Shown: positions 37,732 to 51,842, numbered from the stretch's first letter. The stretch is DNA of 64,000 nt from Haliotis rufescens (GCF_023055435.1 NW_025963802.1:36642001-36706000), one strand, 5' to 3'. Notes: generated from the letters alone by a model not told the origin. Translations and numbers: made by a program.

Positions 37732-40121
37732 ATGTCAAGAAAACAGCTGAAGGTAAGAATAACAGATGTATTCCGTTGACTCAATTTAAAATTTTCATGG
37801 AGTATTACGTTTACATTTATCATGAGTGAGTGAGTTTGTTTTAACGCCGCCGTATTCCAGTTATATCACTGCGTGTCGGCTTCATGTAGGAGGAAAGTCC
37901 GAAATGATGCAGGTCTAAGACATTTACCACATTGGTGAAACCCACGAGCATGGTTTGGTACTGACAAACCAAGAAACATAATTATGGCGAACCAATTTCG
38001 AACTCACGACATCTTGTACGTCTATAGGACGAATTGCGGTGCCATAGACGACTGGGGCACCAATGTCACAGGGAATGTGACATGTGGCAGGGAAAAGAAC
38101 AATTTGCATTACGCATTTATTCTGCTTCATTTCAGTTTTGCATGGAACCTTCCCTATTTGAGGATTTAACAACCTCTGGTGATGTGTGCATGAGTTCGCC
38201 GGATGTCTTCATACCAAAGAGCCTCGATTTCGACGAAGAAGATTCAAATGATAGCGGCTTTGAATCTATGAGCAGCGACAATGAGGTATGTTCATCTTGG
38301 TAAATCCTTCTTTCCTTGTTCGTTGTCACACCGATGCAGTTAGTTGGGTTTTACGCCGCTTTTAGCAATATCCAAGCAATATAACGGCGGGGGACAACAG
38401 ATATCGGCCACTTTGTAGCTATGTGGTGAATCGAACACACCCTTCGGCGTGACGAGTGAACGCCTCGACCACAAGGCTGCACCATCGCCCCTCGACGATG
38501 CAGGAACTTGAGCAGGTTGTGACTGTTGGGAACTGACCTAATCCTGGCTTATAAGCTTGTATACATATATTGGAACTTATCTCTTATCAGGTATCTCCTC
38601 TGGCATTGGATCATAAGACAAGGAATGGTTTCCATGGCACCAGGAGATCGCTCTTCTCGGGCAAGAGATCACGTGAAGAGGACGCTGAAGGTCACGCTGT
38701 TTGGCAGGTCAAGAAACTTCGATCACCCAAAATTTCCGACAAAGCCCAAGCTGAAGTGACGTCCATTGTTATGAAGACAGCCGTCGATAAAATGCAAAAC
38801 GATACAGGTCTTATTGGCGATGGCTCAAAGGTTAGTTGAAACAAATTCTTATCCAAATCAATTGAATAACGGTTAAATTAATCATTTTGGGGATTAATAC
38901 CGACTAACAATAATCTCATTTCAAGTAAATAACAGTTCTCTTTTGCATTTCAGGTTCATAGTCTCCCAACTATACAAGGACGACACAAGGATCTCAGTTC
39001 TGTGGCTCCACAAACAGTTAGTAAACTTCTGGCAGGAGACTACGAAGACATCATTTCCAGCTACAGGATCATCGACTGTCGTTACCCGTATGAATATGAA
39101 GGGGGTCACATTGAGGTATGCTATTGTCTTCATCAGGGATGAGATAAATGCTACTATAGCTCGGGTGTATATGTGGACGTTCATATAATGATTCCTTATA
39201 TATCAGCTTTTTTAATATTCCGAATTTATAGTTTGCCAATTTGTTTACTTACAGGGAGCGGAGAACCTTCACAACGAGGCTCTGATCACAGACTTAGTGA
39301 CCAGTCTACAGGGGAGGGACTCCACTCAACGGAACATCCTGGTCTTCCACTGTGAATTTTCATCAGAGAGAGGCCCAAAGCTGTAAGCATTTGCCACATC
39401 ACTTGAGGCAACTGATTCTAAACGACACTAAGCAAATTTAATAAATAAATATTGCTGTTACATTTATCCTGTATTAAAGTTGTCTATGAATAATAATTAC
39501 AAGTACAACTTTCATTCATCGTGGTTTCCCATCATACAGATTGCGCCATCTGAGAAACCTTGACCGGAAGCTGAACAGTGACCGTTACCCTTTCCTCTTC
39601 TACCCGGAAGTGTACCTGTTAGATGGCGGATACAAGACCTTCTATGAACAACATGAGGTAGGTTAATGCACTTATTACATACTTTGATATTCAAATGTGA
39701 GCATGTTCTTATGTCAATATGTTAGTCTACTTTATTCAGGAGTATGTGTTGACAACAAAATGTATGTATTAGTCTATGCATTATTTCTAATTTGTCTTAT
39801 AGGGTGCCCAACCTACATCAATTCAACAATATAGGCATACAATCGTACTGACATTGAAATATCTTTTCACTATTGATTTTTGTTGAACATTAATGTTTTA
39901 TCAATCTACATATTCCAAATGTTTCTAACAGATTCCTTTCATCATTTTGTTAGTGTCAGTGCGAACCAAGATCCTACCTTCCCATGCTGCATCAAGATTA
40001 CTCCAAACAACTACGTCAGTTCCGGGTTCAATCAAAGTCATGGACAGCAGGACAGAAACAGAGCATGCGCAGTCGGCGTTTCCAAATGGATGCGTCTCCA
40101 CTCAAGTTATCTTTATGGTAA
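37732..40121 (+). CDS. cdc25: Cdc25 (M-phase inducer) phosphatase, copy 1, 7 exons, 328 aa
   Basis: Exons 37732-37752, 38136-38285, 38591-38830, 38954-39115, 39255-39382, 39540-39657, 39954-40121. Motifs: [27 protein letters not shown], catalytic [49 protein letters not shown] at 40309. Confidence 0.95.
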
Positions 40122-43100
40122 AAGATGAACTGCTCACGCAAAGAACTAAATGTTGTTCTTGTTCTTGTTGAACTATGTTGCAGACGTTGTTGAAGCTAGT
40201 GCCGATATGTTGCAATTGCGGAAGACTGATTATATATTGTGACCTGCTGTGTTAAGGTCATCAACTATTCTGTGATATTCTTTTGTTAATCCATTATTGT
40301 TTCATGTGAATAAATTCCACACATACAATTCTTTGTCATTATCTCTCCACTCTTGCTTGTCACCATTACAATCCTAGCCTCGTAATATTATTTTATCTGT
40401 ATGGTTTTATAAATCGATAAGGCCGGGTGAAATGATCTCATGACTGTATCATGTAAATGTGTGTATGAATCACTATCAACTAGTGATGATACCAGGTGTT
40501 CGTGAAAAGGTTAACATATCTTGCAACACCTGTGACATACGTCATAAACACTTGCAAACATTAAAGGCAAGTCAACTGTCTACAATGGCACATTACGAAA
40601 TTTGCTTTGGACTTAATAAAAACCGATCACATGTTCATAATAACTTTAAATCATGAAAGAAAGTTCGATTACCTTATAGTCATGTGGTTGATAATAGGCG
40701 AGGGAGTTAATATATAACGACACAGCAACAAACTTTCATCAAAATATTAGCAGAGGATCCATTAAATGTGAGTTCTCATCCCAGATGTGGTACATTGCAT
40801 ACACATTCACTGTTCCCTCAATGTTGTCCATTTGTTAACATATAACAGTGATTAGCTAAAATAAGGAAATCATGTTAATTGGCATATGTGCAATTAAATA
40901 TTCGTATTTTGTATCTAATAGTAAGAATGAACAAGACACTTTTCATTAAAATTTACATTGTCGCATGTACCAGTTCCAACACCTTAAAAGTACAAAATGT
41001 AGATTATGAGAAATTTTATTGATGAAAAATTTACAGTAAAAACAATTGTAATTGAATGATAGTTAGCATTTTAGCCACTAACCACAAGCTTTACTTTAAA
41101 TGGTAACACATTCTCCTGCCGGTTCGACTGTCACCACTCAATGAAGCACTGATGACTTCAGCGAATATCTGGGATCATCACTATTTGATAGTGATTCATA
41201 AACACATGCTCCTGATATAGTCGGATAAGTACAATTGACTCTGCTTTTGGCAGAGTTTTCTTATGAATATAGAAAGGATTTTGTTGCTTTTATTCATACA
41301 AATGAAACTAAGGTGAATGTACACATAGTCTTTTATTTTACTTTTATGGGGCCAGATAAAACTTTTGATGTGTCTGATTAAACATTCCCTATGTGCTACC
41401 TATTCCATGAAGATAGTTGAGTAATAATTAATGCATTGTGTTACAAGCATTCAGTGTGATCCATATGTTCACTGAACCTAACGCTATACATGAAGTTATA
41501 TATCATTACACAATGGGAGATATGATACTGCTTACATCGACGAACAACACTCCTCATACACTCATAAATATAAACATCGGGAGGAACAATCATTAAGAAG
41601 ATAAACATACTGTATTTGCAATGTAGAGCTGGATTAACTTTAATCGCGCTAAATTGAAATTGAAACCGAACGCGAAGCCATGACTTTATGAAATGCGAAG
41701 CCTCTGGTGTTCATCTGAGTGAAGCGACATTGGTCGAGTCCAATGTTTTGAATGGGTTGTCAGTCTGACTCACGGAATCACAGACAACTGCTTTTACACA
41801 AAATATGGCGCTGTTTATGCTCAAGCTGTTCTCTGCAGCGTAATACTTCACTCGGGCATTAAATTTAATGGCAGGCATTGACAGCATGTAGCACAGCAAC
41901 TTCGTACGCTAATATGATGTGGGCACTCCTAAAGAAAACTAAGCAAGCCTTGCAAAGGTTTCCTTCTTCACCGCACATCACTATTATTTCCTCACCGTGA
42001 GGCAAAAGATATGACGTCACAGTCTTATGTAGAAAAGCGTCAAAATCCAAGCTATCTGTCATCCCCAGAACTTGAAATACATTCTCTTGGTAGGTTTCTA
42101 TCGTGTATTCTGCACAAAAAGTATTGCCACACATCCTTTGAATATTGCAGTATCCGCAACTTTGCATTTTGTAACCTATAGTTATTTAGTAGTTAGTACA
42201 CATAATTATTTACATATGCCTACTGACAATGACTAAACAAGAAGTATTAGCTTCCGTGTCAAATCGCCTGTTATTGCGATTAATTTCCAAATTCATGAGA
42301 CAATAACGATTATCCCCCGAAATCGATTCCATTAGTCCTAAAAGGCAAAATAGTGGTGAAAAGTATCTGAATGGATCACCGAAAATCAGTGTTGACACTG
42401 GGTGCTCGCGAAAAAGGTAAACATATCATGTCCTACCTGTAGAATGACATTAAGTATGTCACTCTTTATTGTGAATAGTAATACGTTGCAGACATACATG
42501 TAGTGTTCTTCCTTAGTTTAAACAATGCTACTTGGACTGACACATCATAGATGTCAAATAAGGTGAACTGTATAAAATTAAACTTTTTTCGATTTCTTTG
42601 GAAAATGCATTAATATGAGACAAATTACTATCACCGTCTAGCTTTCCTATAAAAACAAAACAGGTCAACGATTAGATGTCCTGATCTTTGAAATATGCTT
42701 CCATGTATATTCATGTGATACCATGCAATTCCCTTTGTTGACTTGAACCATACGTACCCGTGTTTTCTCGGGTAAACAAGTTGATCTGCCCCTGCATGTG
42801 TTTGTGACGGTGCCATCGGTGAACCCTATCATCACTATTTGATAGTGATTCATAAACAGAGGATTACGAAAATGTCGGAATCGTACAATGGACTCTACTT
42901 TCAATAGAGATTACTTATCATTATGGAAAGGGTACATGATCATTATATTTCTATGCGAACGAGACGAAACCTATTATTCTGATATGTTTGACACAGGAAT
43001 AGACATGATATAAACATACTTATTTCCATTAAGTGGAGGGATTGGCAACCAAGCAAAGTTTGCTAATCTGAATGCCTCTCCCAAACATGATACACATACA

Positions 43101-43274
43101 AATTACAATGTATTGAAAGTGACATAAGAGATAGCATACATTATATAATTGACAGCAAAGATAAGTATTGTTCTGTAAGTGTTTAATTACTGGATTATCT
43201 TTCGTAACTACAGCTACGTTATTATTTACATCCAGCACAACAACATCGCAGTATCATATAGCAAAGCCAACATC

Positions 43275-43585
43275 TCAGACAAAATCTCTAAATTGGCAAG
43301 AAGATCGAATAAAACTGTGCACTGATTTCAAAATTTCAAGATTTGTTACAGTCGTTAAATGTAAATTACCATTTAGAATTGAATTTAAATCGTAGCCTTT
43401 TACGAAATAATACATATCTTGCCTTAATGTACTGTTTAAGGGACACGTAAGGAAGAAATGAAGTGCATCTTCCGTATGATAGCCACAACAACATCTCGCG
43501 CTGTCGGAAATAAATCTGGCAAATTTGTCGGAGTTAAGATCACTGCAGCCAAGCCTGAGACGGGAGTGTATAACCTGACAGAATA
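43275..43585 (-). mobile_element. LINE ORF2 C-terminal (CCHC) fragment, CR1-group-like
   Basis: HSRLRLGCSDLN...CCCGYHTEDALHFFLTCP...R...ILNG...N..I...V..FI. Confidence 0.7.
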
Positions 43586-44344
43586 TTGATCCATAATTTA
43601 CATCAAAGTATACACCATTGTTATAATATAGACATGGTATGGAACATGCAACAGAAACGAGAAAGTACAATTTCCACATGTCAAAACAGCATTAAATATT
43701 ATCACACAAACAAAAGTTCAACCCACCTCAATAGCATCCACATTAACTGTAAAATTGAACATTATCAACACTTTTTATTATACAATATCACAAATATCTC
43801 TATATTATTATTTTATGTACTTTGTCCTTCGAATGGCTCAAGTTTAATTGGGTCGGTGGGGTTCAATGTGTGAAGCTTATTTCTGGTGTCACCCGCCGTG
43901 ATATTGCTGGCATATTGCTAAAAGCGGCGTAAAACCATACTCACTCACTCCAGTTTTATTTAATGTGAACGTGATGTGTACTTAGGTTCTTCACGCCGAA
44001 CTACCGAGTTCACTCACTCACCCATTATTTACCTCAACATGTAGTTCAAAGGCAAAACAAATATTTTGTAGTTATATAAATCACGCCATCCTTCGAGTAA
44101 ACGCAAAAAAAACTGTTAGATAAACATAAGTTTCTATAATAACGTGATACTTCAATTTGTTCAGAAAACCGAGATAAAGCTTTACAAGAAATTCCATATA
44201 TCTGCGTATAACAATGGCAATTCTTTATGACTCTTTCAAGGTTATAATCACATGAAACCAATATGAAATACAAAACAATTATTGTTTCACAGAATTTGAG
44301 TGAACATCCATCCAACCATTCAGTCGTTTTCTACAAGGGTGGGT

Positions 44345-44830
44345 CTAATCGAGCTAATCCAGATCATCCTAACAACCGCTTGATAAATCTGCTTACTTTA
44401 CACCTTAACCCAGCCAGTGGGGAATCCACGCAGAAAGTGTGCCCGTATTAAATATCTTGTTCCCAAAGTAAATACAAATTGTCCTTAATTGTCATCCAAC
44501 TGACGACCAAAACTATTTGAATTCTGTGTTATCAACACATGGGCTACCGGTACGTCTCATGTCCAACCCGGTGATTAAACCCGGATAATCCCCCTCACAC
44601 CCTTGTATGGGTGGTTCCATATCTACGGGGGACGCAAGCGATCGTACATTCACACCAAGCCCGACTTAGTATTATGTTAGTGTTTAACTATGTTTTCATT
44701 AGCCATTATGAATAAAGTACGGTTAAGTGGATAATGAACCGATTAACGAGTGTTTTCTTTGTTATGTTACTATGTTGTTTTAGTACAGGTATATAAACAC
44801 GAGAATGCACAGATATTGAATCATTCGACT
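44345..44830 (+). promoter_or_regulatory. Conserved cdc25 promoter module (copy 2)
   Basis: Same order of blocks: CTAATCCAGATC, GGGAATCC, TTAATTGTCAT, GATAATCCC, CAAGCG..CACACCAAGC, CTTTGTTATG, TATATAAA, TCATTC. Confidence 0.7.
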
Positions 44831-44900
44831 TCAAACTGTTAAACTGTCCAACTTACATTTCTTACTATTATTGAAACAATTTGAAAATACTTGTGTCATA

Positions 44901-47295
44901 ATGTCACGAAGGCAGATGACGGTAAGTAATAACATGCTTCTTATTTTCATAATCAGTAAAATTTTTATAAGGATGAAGAATATATATATTTATATATTAT
45001 ATTTTTGTCTTGTCTTTTCAGTTTTCCAGTGACCTGTCAAATAACCTTGAATGCCCGACTTCACCGGAAGACTCCATCAAACAGAGTCTGGTTTTCGAAG
45101 ATGAAACCTCTCGAGATAGTGGCTTTGAATCTCTTGGCAGTGACAGCGAGGTTTGTTACATTTCATTTAACACCATGGGCAGTTCTTATTTGCAGAAATA
45201 CATAGGTATATCAATATACTATCCTGTAAATGCTTGAAACAAAATTAAAAAATATTTGCCAGAAATATCCAATAAATATTATAAATAAATAGCTATATTC
45301 ATAAAAAAATGTCTAATCCAAATAAAACATGTGATGATATGTTTCTTTATCAGGTGTCGCCACTACCTTTGGATCATAGGAGGACTGGTTTCCATGGAAC
45401 GAGGAAATCCCTTTTCGGAGAAAAGAGACGACGTGATGATGATGGTGCTGAAGATCATATTCTAGCTCGGCAGATGAAGAAACTTAAAACAACCAATGGT
45501 ATCCACAAAGCCCAAACAGAAGTCACGTCAGAGGTTATGAAGACAGCCGTTGACAAAATGGAACAAGGGACTGATCTCATCGGTGATGGCTCACAGGTTA
45601 GTTGGAGGCTGATGGCTTCTTATTTATCAATCGAATAAAAAATGCATGCTGATTTTGAAGATGACGAGGTAACTGGAAAACAACTTCACATTTAAATCAA
45701 TATCGAAATTATTTCTTTTCCAGAATCATGGTCTTCCAACTATTCAAGGAAGACACAAGGATCTCAAGTCCTTGGCTCCACACACAGTCAGTCAGCTTCT
45801 GGCAGGACAGTACGATGACGTCATATCCAGCTTCAGGATCATCGACTGTCGTTACCCATATGAATATGAAGGTGGTCATATTGAGGTATGCTACTGTCTT
45901 TAAACTCCCTCAAAACAATTCAATCATGACCATGTAATATTGTTCATGGGCTATGTTTATACCATATTAACAACATATTGATTGTATCTTTCTTAATATC
46001 TCGTGACCGCCTCCGTGGTCTAGTGGTAGAGCATCCACCCGGAGAGCGGAAGCTCAGGGGTTCGATCCCCGGGCGTCATACCAAAAGACGTTAAAAGATG
46101 GTACTTGTTGTTATCCTGTCTGGCGCTCGGACTAAAACAAGGACTGGTCGGCACGGAGTCAGTACACTGTGTCTGAGTGGGGTATTCATGTTAATCTGCG
46201 GCAAGGTATCTCAGTGAGCTAGCACTATAAATCGGCATCAGCCGGACAAGTACAAGCAGCCACACACACACACACACGTGCATGCACGTCACAAGTGCAA
46301 TAATCTTGGACGTGACGTTAAACCCAATTTCACCTCACCTCACCTTCATATCTCTAAAAATCTAAGTTTACAGTTTACTTCAGGGTGCCTAGCATGCAGT
46401 AACAGTCTGAGTTTACATTTTACTTATTATTTACTTCAGAGTGCCGAGAACCTTCACAACGAGGCTCTGATCACAGACTTGGTGACCAGTCTACAAGGGA
46501 GGGACTCCACTCAACGGAACATCCTGGTCTTCCACTGTGAATTTTCATCAGAGAGAGGCCCGAAACTGTAAGTATTTTTGTTACATCACTTACTTGAGGC
46601 ACTTAACGATACTTACATAACGATAAAGATGCTTAGTTTCAATGAAAACTAAAACGAACATGTATATCTCAGCCTCTCGTTTTAATACGGCTTCTCTTTT
46701 ACAGATTGCGCTGCCTCAGAAACCTTGACCGGAAGCTGAACAGTGACCGTTACCCTTTCCTCTTCTACCCGGAAGTATACCTGTTAGATGGCGGATACAA
46801 GGCCTTTTATGAACAACATCGGGTAAGTTGATTGACACTTGATGCGGATTTAATAACTGAATACGAATATATATGCGTGACACATGTTTTGCTGATTACG
46901 TTATCTTTATAACTACTCTCAGTGTAATACAAGAACGTGTAGTGTCTATGATCTTACCAACCTACATCAATACAACAATTGATGAATACATTCTTGTTGA
47001 CATTGATATCGTTTTGAAAATTTGAGAAATATTTCTTTGTCACTATTTATCATTTTTGTTGAAAAGTGGATAATGTTCTATCTCAACATTATGAAATCTG
47101 TCTAACAGTGTATCGTCATCATTTTTCCAGTGTCAGTGTGAACCAAAAAGCTATCTTCCCATGCTGCATCAGGATTACTCCAAACAACTACGTCACTTCC
47201 GGGTAAAGTCCAAGTCATGGACAGCAGGAGAGAAACAGAACATGCGCAGTCGACGTCTTCAAATTGATGTGTCACCACTCAAGTTATCTCTATAG
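44901..47295 (+). CDS. cdc25: Cdc25 phosphatase, copy 2, 7 exons, 321 aa
   Basis: Exons 44901-44921, 45022-45150, 45354-45596, 45724-45885, 46440-46567, 46705-46822, 47131-47295. Intact HCEFSSER and [13 protein letters not shown]. Confidence 0.95.
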
Positions 47296-48689
47296 CAATG
47301 TGGAAAATATTCTTACGTGTACTATTTTTCCTGACTGTTGGTGCTGTTGAAGTTGTTAACATATATTACTGATGCTGTTGATGTTAGTGTCTGCTTGTTA
47401 TGGCAATCCATGACATTCATTTTTGACCTGCCGTGTTAAGGTCAACAAGCCCCACTGTGATACCAAATATTGTTTCATGTCAATAAATATCAAACTTTTA
47501 GTTCATTGAATGTCCTCATTTCTTTCCACTCTTTGGGTGCACGGGTGACCCGGACGGCCTAGGTGCTGCAATTTGATGTGCATAGTTGCGTCCTTTAGAC
47601 GTGCAAGAATTCAATAATCGTGGGTTTGATCTCAGCTTAGCACTGGTTATATTTCTAGCTTTATCAGCACCATGTCGTGCACGTGTTAAACGTCTAAGTC
47701 CTTGAAATACTGTAAACTAAACACACTCACTCTTGACACTAGTTTAACCATCGCTTTAACCACTAGGCTACCCTATTGGATAAGGGGCAGTCGAGTAGCC
47801 TTGTGGTTAAAGCGTTCGCTCGTCACGCCGAAGACCCGTTTCCGATTCCCGACATGGGTACAATGTGTGAAGCCCATTTCAGGTGTCCACTGCCCGACAT
47901 TCCTGGAATATTGCTAAAAGCGGCGTAAAACCATACTCATTCACTCATATTGGACAAGGAGGTGTACAGAAGTTGGGATCGATTCAAGCAAAGGTACAAC
48001 GTGTGAATTCATTTCTGACGCCCCCATCTTCTACATGTGGAGTAAATTTCTAAATTTGATGCATCAGTGACAAAACTTATGTCCGATTCAACTCCCTATT
48101 TTGACATGCACCATATGTTCCCGCTTTTTTCTTCAGGTGTGCAATTGACTTGCCCTCGCGTGTGTTACGGGTGCCACCGGTAGAGCAGGATACTCTCATC
48201 TTTTCGCTAACACCTCGTATCATCGCTGTTTGATAGTGGTTCATGCTCATGATATAGTCGGAATCGTGCTATGAACTCTGCTTTGAGGGACAGATCATAT
48301 TATATTTTCGGAGGTGTGTGTGGGGGCGGGTGGTGGGGGTGGTGGGGGGTGGGGGGAGGGGGGGTGGGTCTTGAGGCGCAATGAATATTTTTCAGCTGCA
48401 GCTGCAAAACCAGAAGAAAAAAATTAATTACAACTATGAGCCCATTACAAAGTACTTTCAAAAAATATCTTGCAACAAAGTATTTTTTTGTGTTCGGCAA
48501 TTTTGGGGGGTTTCAACACTCTGAAGCATAATTATCTTTTGAACGATATTTCTGCGACAATTTATTTTTTGTCGTTAATCAAATCCCAACCACTTGTCTT
48601 TTTTTATTTGTTAAATTGTATATTGTTATTGATAATCTATTCATAATCTTTATGTAAAGATTCCCCTTCCCTTGCTAAAATGTGCTTAC

Positions 48690-49412
48690 TTCGTACTTTA
48701 ACCCAGCTACCTTGAGTCTCAAGTAGAGAATTTCTCGGTAATATATTTCTGTTCTTTCAGTGAATACAAATCTTCTTAATTGACATTGTCAGCTGGCGAT
48801 GTACACCCTGCTAAATACCCTGTAGTGCTGGTAAGTTTATGTCTTAACGAGGTGATTAACACAGGATAATCTCTCACACCTTGGTATATATAGCTAATAT
48901 CCACTGGACGCACAAGCGATCGTTCTTTCACAGAAGAAGAAGAAGAAAATTATTTTATTTTCGTGTCACACACTGTACAGCAGTGACAATAAAAATACAT
49001 AAATAGTGTGTACAGTGTCCGGCCATTATGGCCTACGAGACACGCAGGACGTCACATACATATAAGTAAAAATGAGAAATATCACAGCACATACATATAC
49101 ATAAAAATGAGTTATCACCAGTTATCACAGTACATACATATACATAAAAATGAGTTATCACCGGTTATCGCCAGTTATCAGAACATTCTGATACTAAGAT
49201 ACATGGAACTAGGCTGGTAGAGACGAAAGACACAGTTGTCTTCGCTCATACATGTGGTGAAGAAGCGCGGCTAGGGGTCTGACCACCTTATTGTTCCGCA
49301 TAAAGAACCAAGCCCACATAGTTGGCGGATCACTTTAATGTTTATCTTAGCCAGTAGAAAAGAATAAACAACCAACTGGGCAATGAATTGATCAACGAGT
49401 GTTGTCTTTGTG
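48690..49412 (+). promoter_or_regulatory. Orphan copy of the cdc25 promoter module, split by an insertion (~48932-49305)
   Basis: GGTGATTAAC..GATAATC..CACACC..ATATCCACTGGACGCACAAGCGAT..TTTCACA / CCAAGCCC..GATCAACGAGTG..CTTTGT. No cdc25 exon follows. Confidence 0.65.
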
Positions 49413-50763
49413 AAACGTGCAAGGAACCATTGAATGTGAGCTTTAATCCCAGATACGGTAGATTCCATATATATTCACTAACAGTGTTTCAGTTTATTCG
49501 TTTGTTGACATATTTCAAGGATTAGCTAAAATATAAAATAAAATCATTCACTGACATGGGTCTATTGGCGTATGTACTATACAATATTTGGCTGTAACAA
49601 ATGTTATATTTGGGATAACATTTTCTTGGTAAAGAACATATTCTCTTACTTTTGGGATTGAGTCCCGTTCGGGATTCGAACCCACACTGTCAGAGTGTCG
49701 GACAAAACACTTTCCATGTTCATAAGACGTATCGCCTAAAAGCAGAGTCTCTTGTACGATTCCGAATATATGAGCATGTGTTTATGAATGACTATCAAAT
49801 AGTGATGCTACAAGATGTTCTCGAAAAGGTGAGAGTATCCTTGTCTCACCAGTGGCAGCCATTACATACTGAATCCTAAATTTACAAAATCGAAGTCAAC
49901 GTCCGGGAATAACCACCCGTTGTAATCACTGGCGTTGACATGTAGATTCATATAATAAGGAGGGACAGGAGTGTTTTGAGTATCTTCATATTTCATACCA
50001 ACTGGCAGGCTTTCAATGCGTATGGTGTTACTCTGGCAGTTTGGGCTATAAACAGGTCGGGGTGCCAAGAATTCTAATATTGTATTCTCAGTGGAATCGA
50101 ACCTGAGCTCTCAGTGCGTCGAGTTAAAGTTCCATTGTGCTACTCAATCTTCCAATCATGTCAAGTATATATGAAGTCCTATCAAGGTGTTCAGTATAAC
50201 GATGGCGAGAAGTAAACCCCATGATAAACTGTAACCTTGGATCATAGGCGTGAATTTTCAACTCGCGTCCATTGGAGTTTACTTTTAATGTCTCAGGTCC
50301 AATTTCTATACACTCTTATTGTTCAGTGGGATAGCCTTGTGGTCAACGCGCTGGTTAGACAGGTGTGGAGAGTAAGTTTGGTTTTACAGTATTTCAAGGT
50401 CTTATACTTTTTGCCACGTGCATGCCATAGTGCTAAAAGCATAATCAGGGCGTCGAGGAGTTAAAACCCACGATCATTGATTTCTTGATCGTCTAAAGAA
50501 CGCAGCTTTAAACATCAAATTGCGATGCCTTCCCAAAATGTGAAAAAATGAGGACATTCAATGAACTATAAGTTTGATATTTATTAACAATAATCGGTAT
50601 CACAGTGGGGCTTGTTGACCTTAACACGGCAGGTCAAAATGAATCTCACGGACAGCAATAACAAGCAGACACTAACATCAACAGCATCAGTAATATATGT
50701 TAAAAAATTCAACAGCACCAACTGTCATGTAAAATAGTTCACGTTACATTATGTTCCACAGTT

Positions 50764-51758
50764 CTATAGAGATAACTTGAGAGGGGATACATCTATTTGA
50801 AGACGTCGACTGCGCATGTTCTGTTTCTCTCCTGCTGTCCATGACTTGGACTTTACCCGGAAGTGACGTAGTTGTTTGGAGTAATCCTGATGCAGCATGG
50901 GAAGATAGCTTTTTGGTTCACACTGACACTGGAAAAATGATGATTTCATAATGTTGAAATAGAACATTATCCACTTTCAACAAAAATGATAAATAGTGAA
51001 AAAGAAATATTTCTCAAATTTTCAAAACGATATCAATGTCAACAAGAATGTATTCATCAATTGTTGTATTGATGTAGGTTGGTAAGATCATAGACAATAC
51101 ACGTTCTTGTATTACACTGAGAGTAGTTATAAAGATAACGTAATCAGCAAAACATGTGTCACGCATATATACTCGTATTCAGTTATTAAATCCGCATCAA
51201 GTGTCAATCAACTTACCCGATGTTGTTCATAAAAGGCCTTGTATCCGCCATCTAACAGGTAGACTTCCGGGTAGAAGAGGAAAGGGTAACGGTCACTGTT
51301 CAGCTTCCGGTCAAGGTTTCTGAGGCAGCGCAATCTGTATCAGAGAAGCCGTTTTAAAACGAGAGGCCTTAGATTTTCATGGTCTTTTTACTTTCCATTT
51401 AAACTAAGCATCGTTGTCGTAATGTAAGAATCGTTAAATGCCTCAAGTAAGTGATGTGACAAAAATACTTACAGTTTCGGGCCTCTCTCTGATGAAAATT
51501 CACAGTGGAAGACCAGGATGTTTCGTTGAGTGGAGTCCCTCCCTTGTAGGCTGGTCATCAAGTCTGTGATCAGAGCCTCGTTGTGAAGGTTCTCGGCACT
51601 CTGAAGTAAATAATCAGTAAAATGTAAACTTAGACTGTTACTGCATGCTAGGCACCCTGAAGTAAACTGTAAACTTAGATTTTTAGAGATATGAAGGTGA
51701 GGTGAGGTGAAATTGGGTTTAACGTCACGTCCCAGATTATTGCACTTGTGACGTGCAT

Positions 51759-51842
<84 letters not shown>

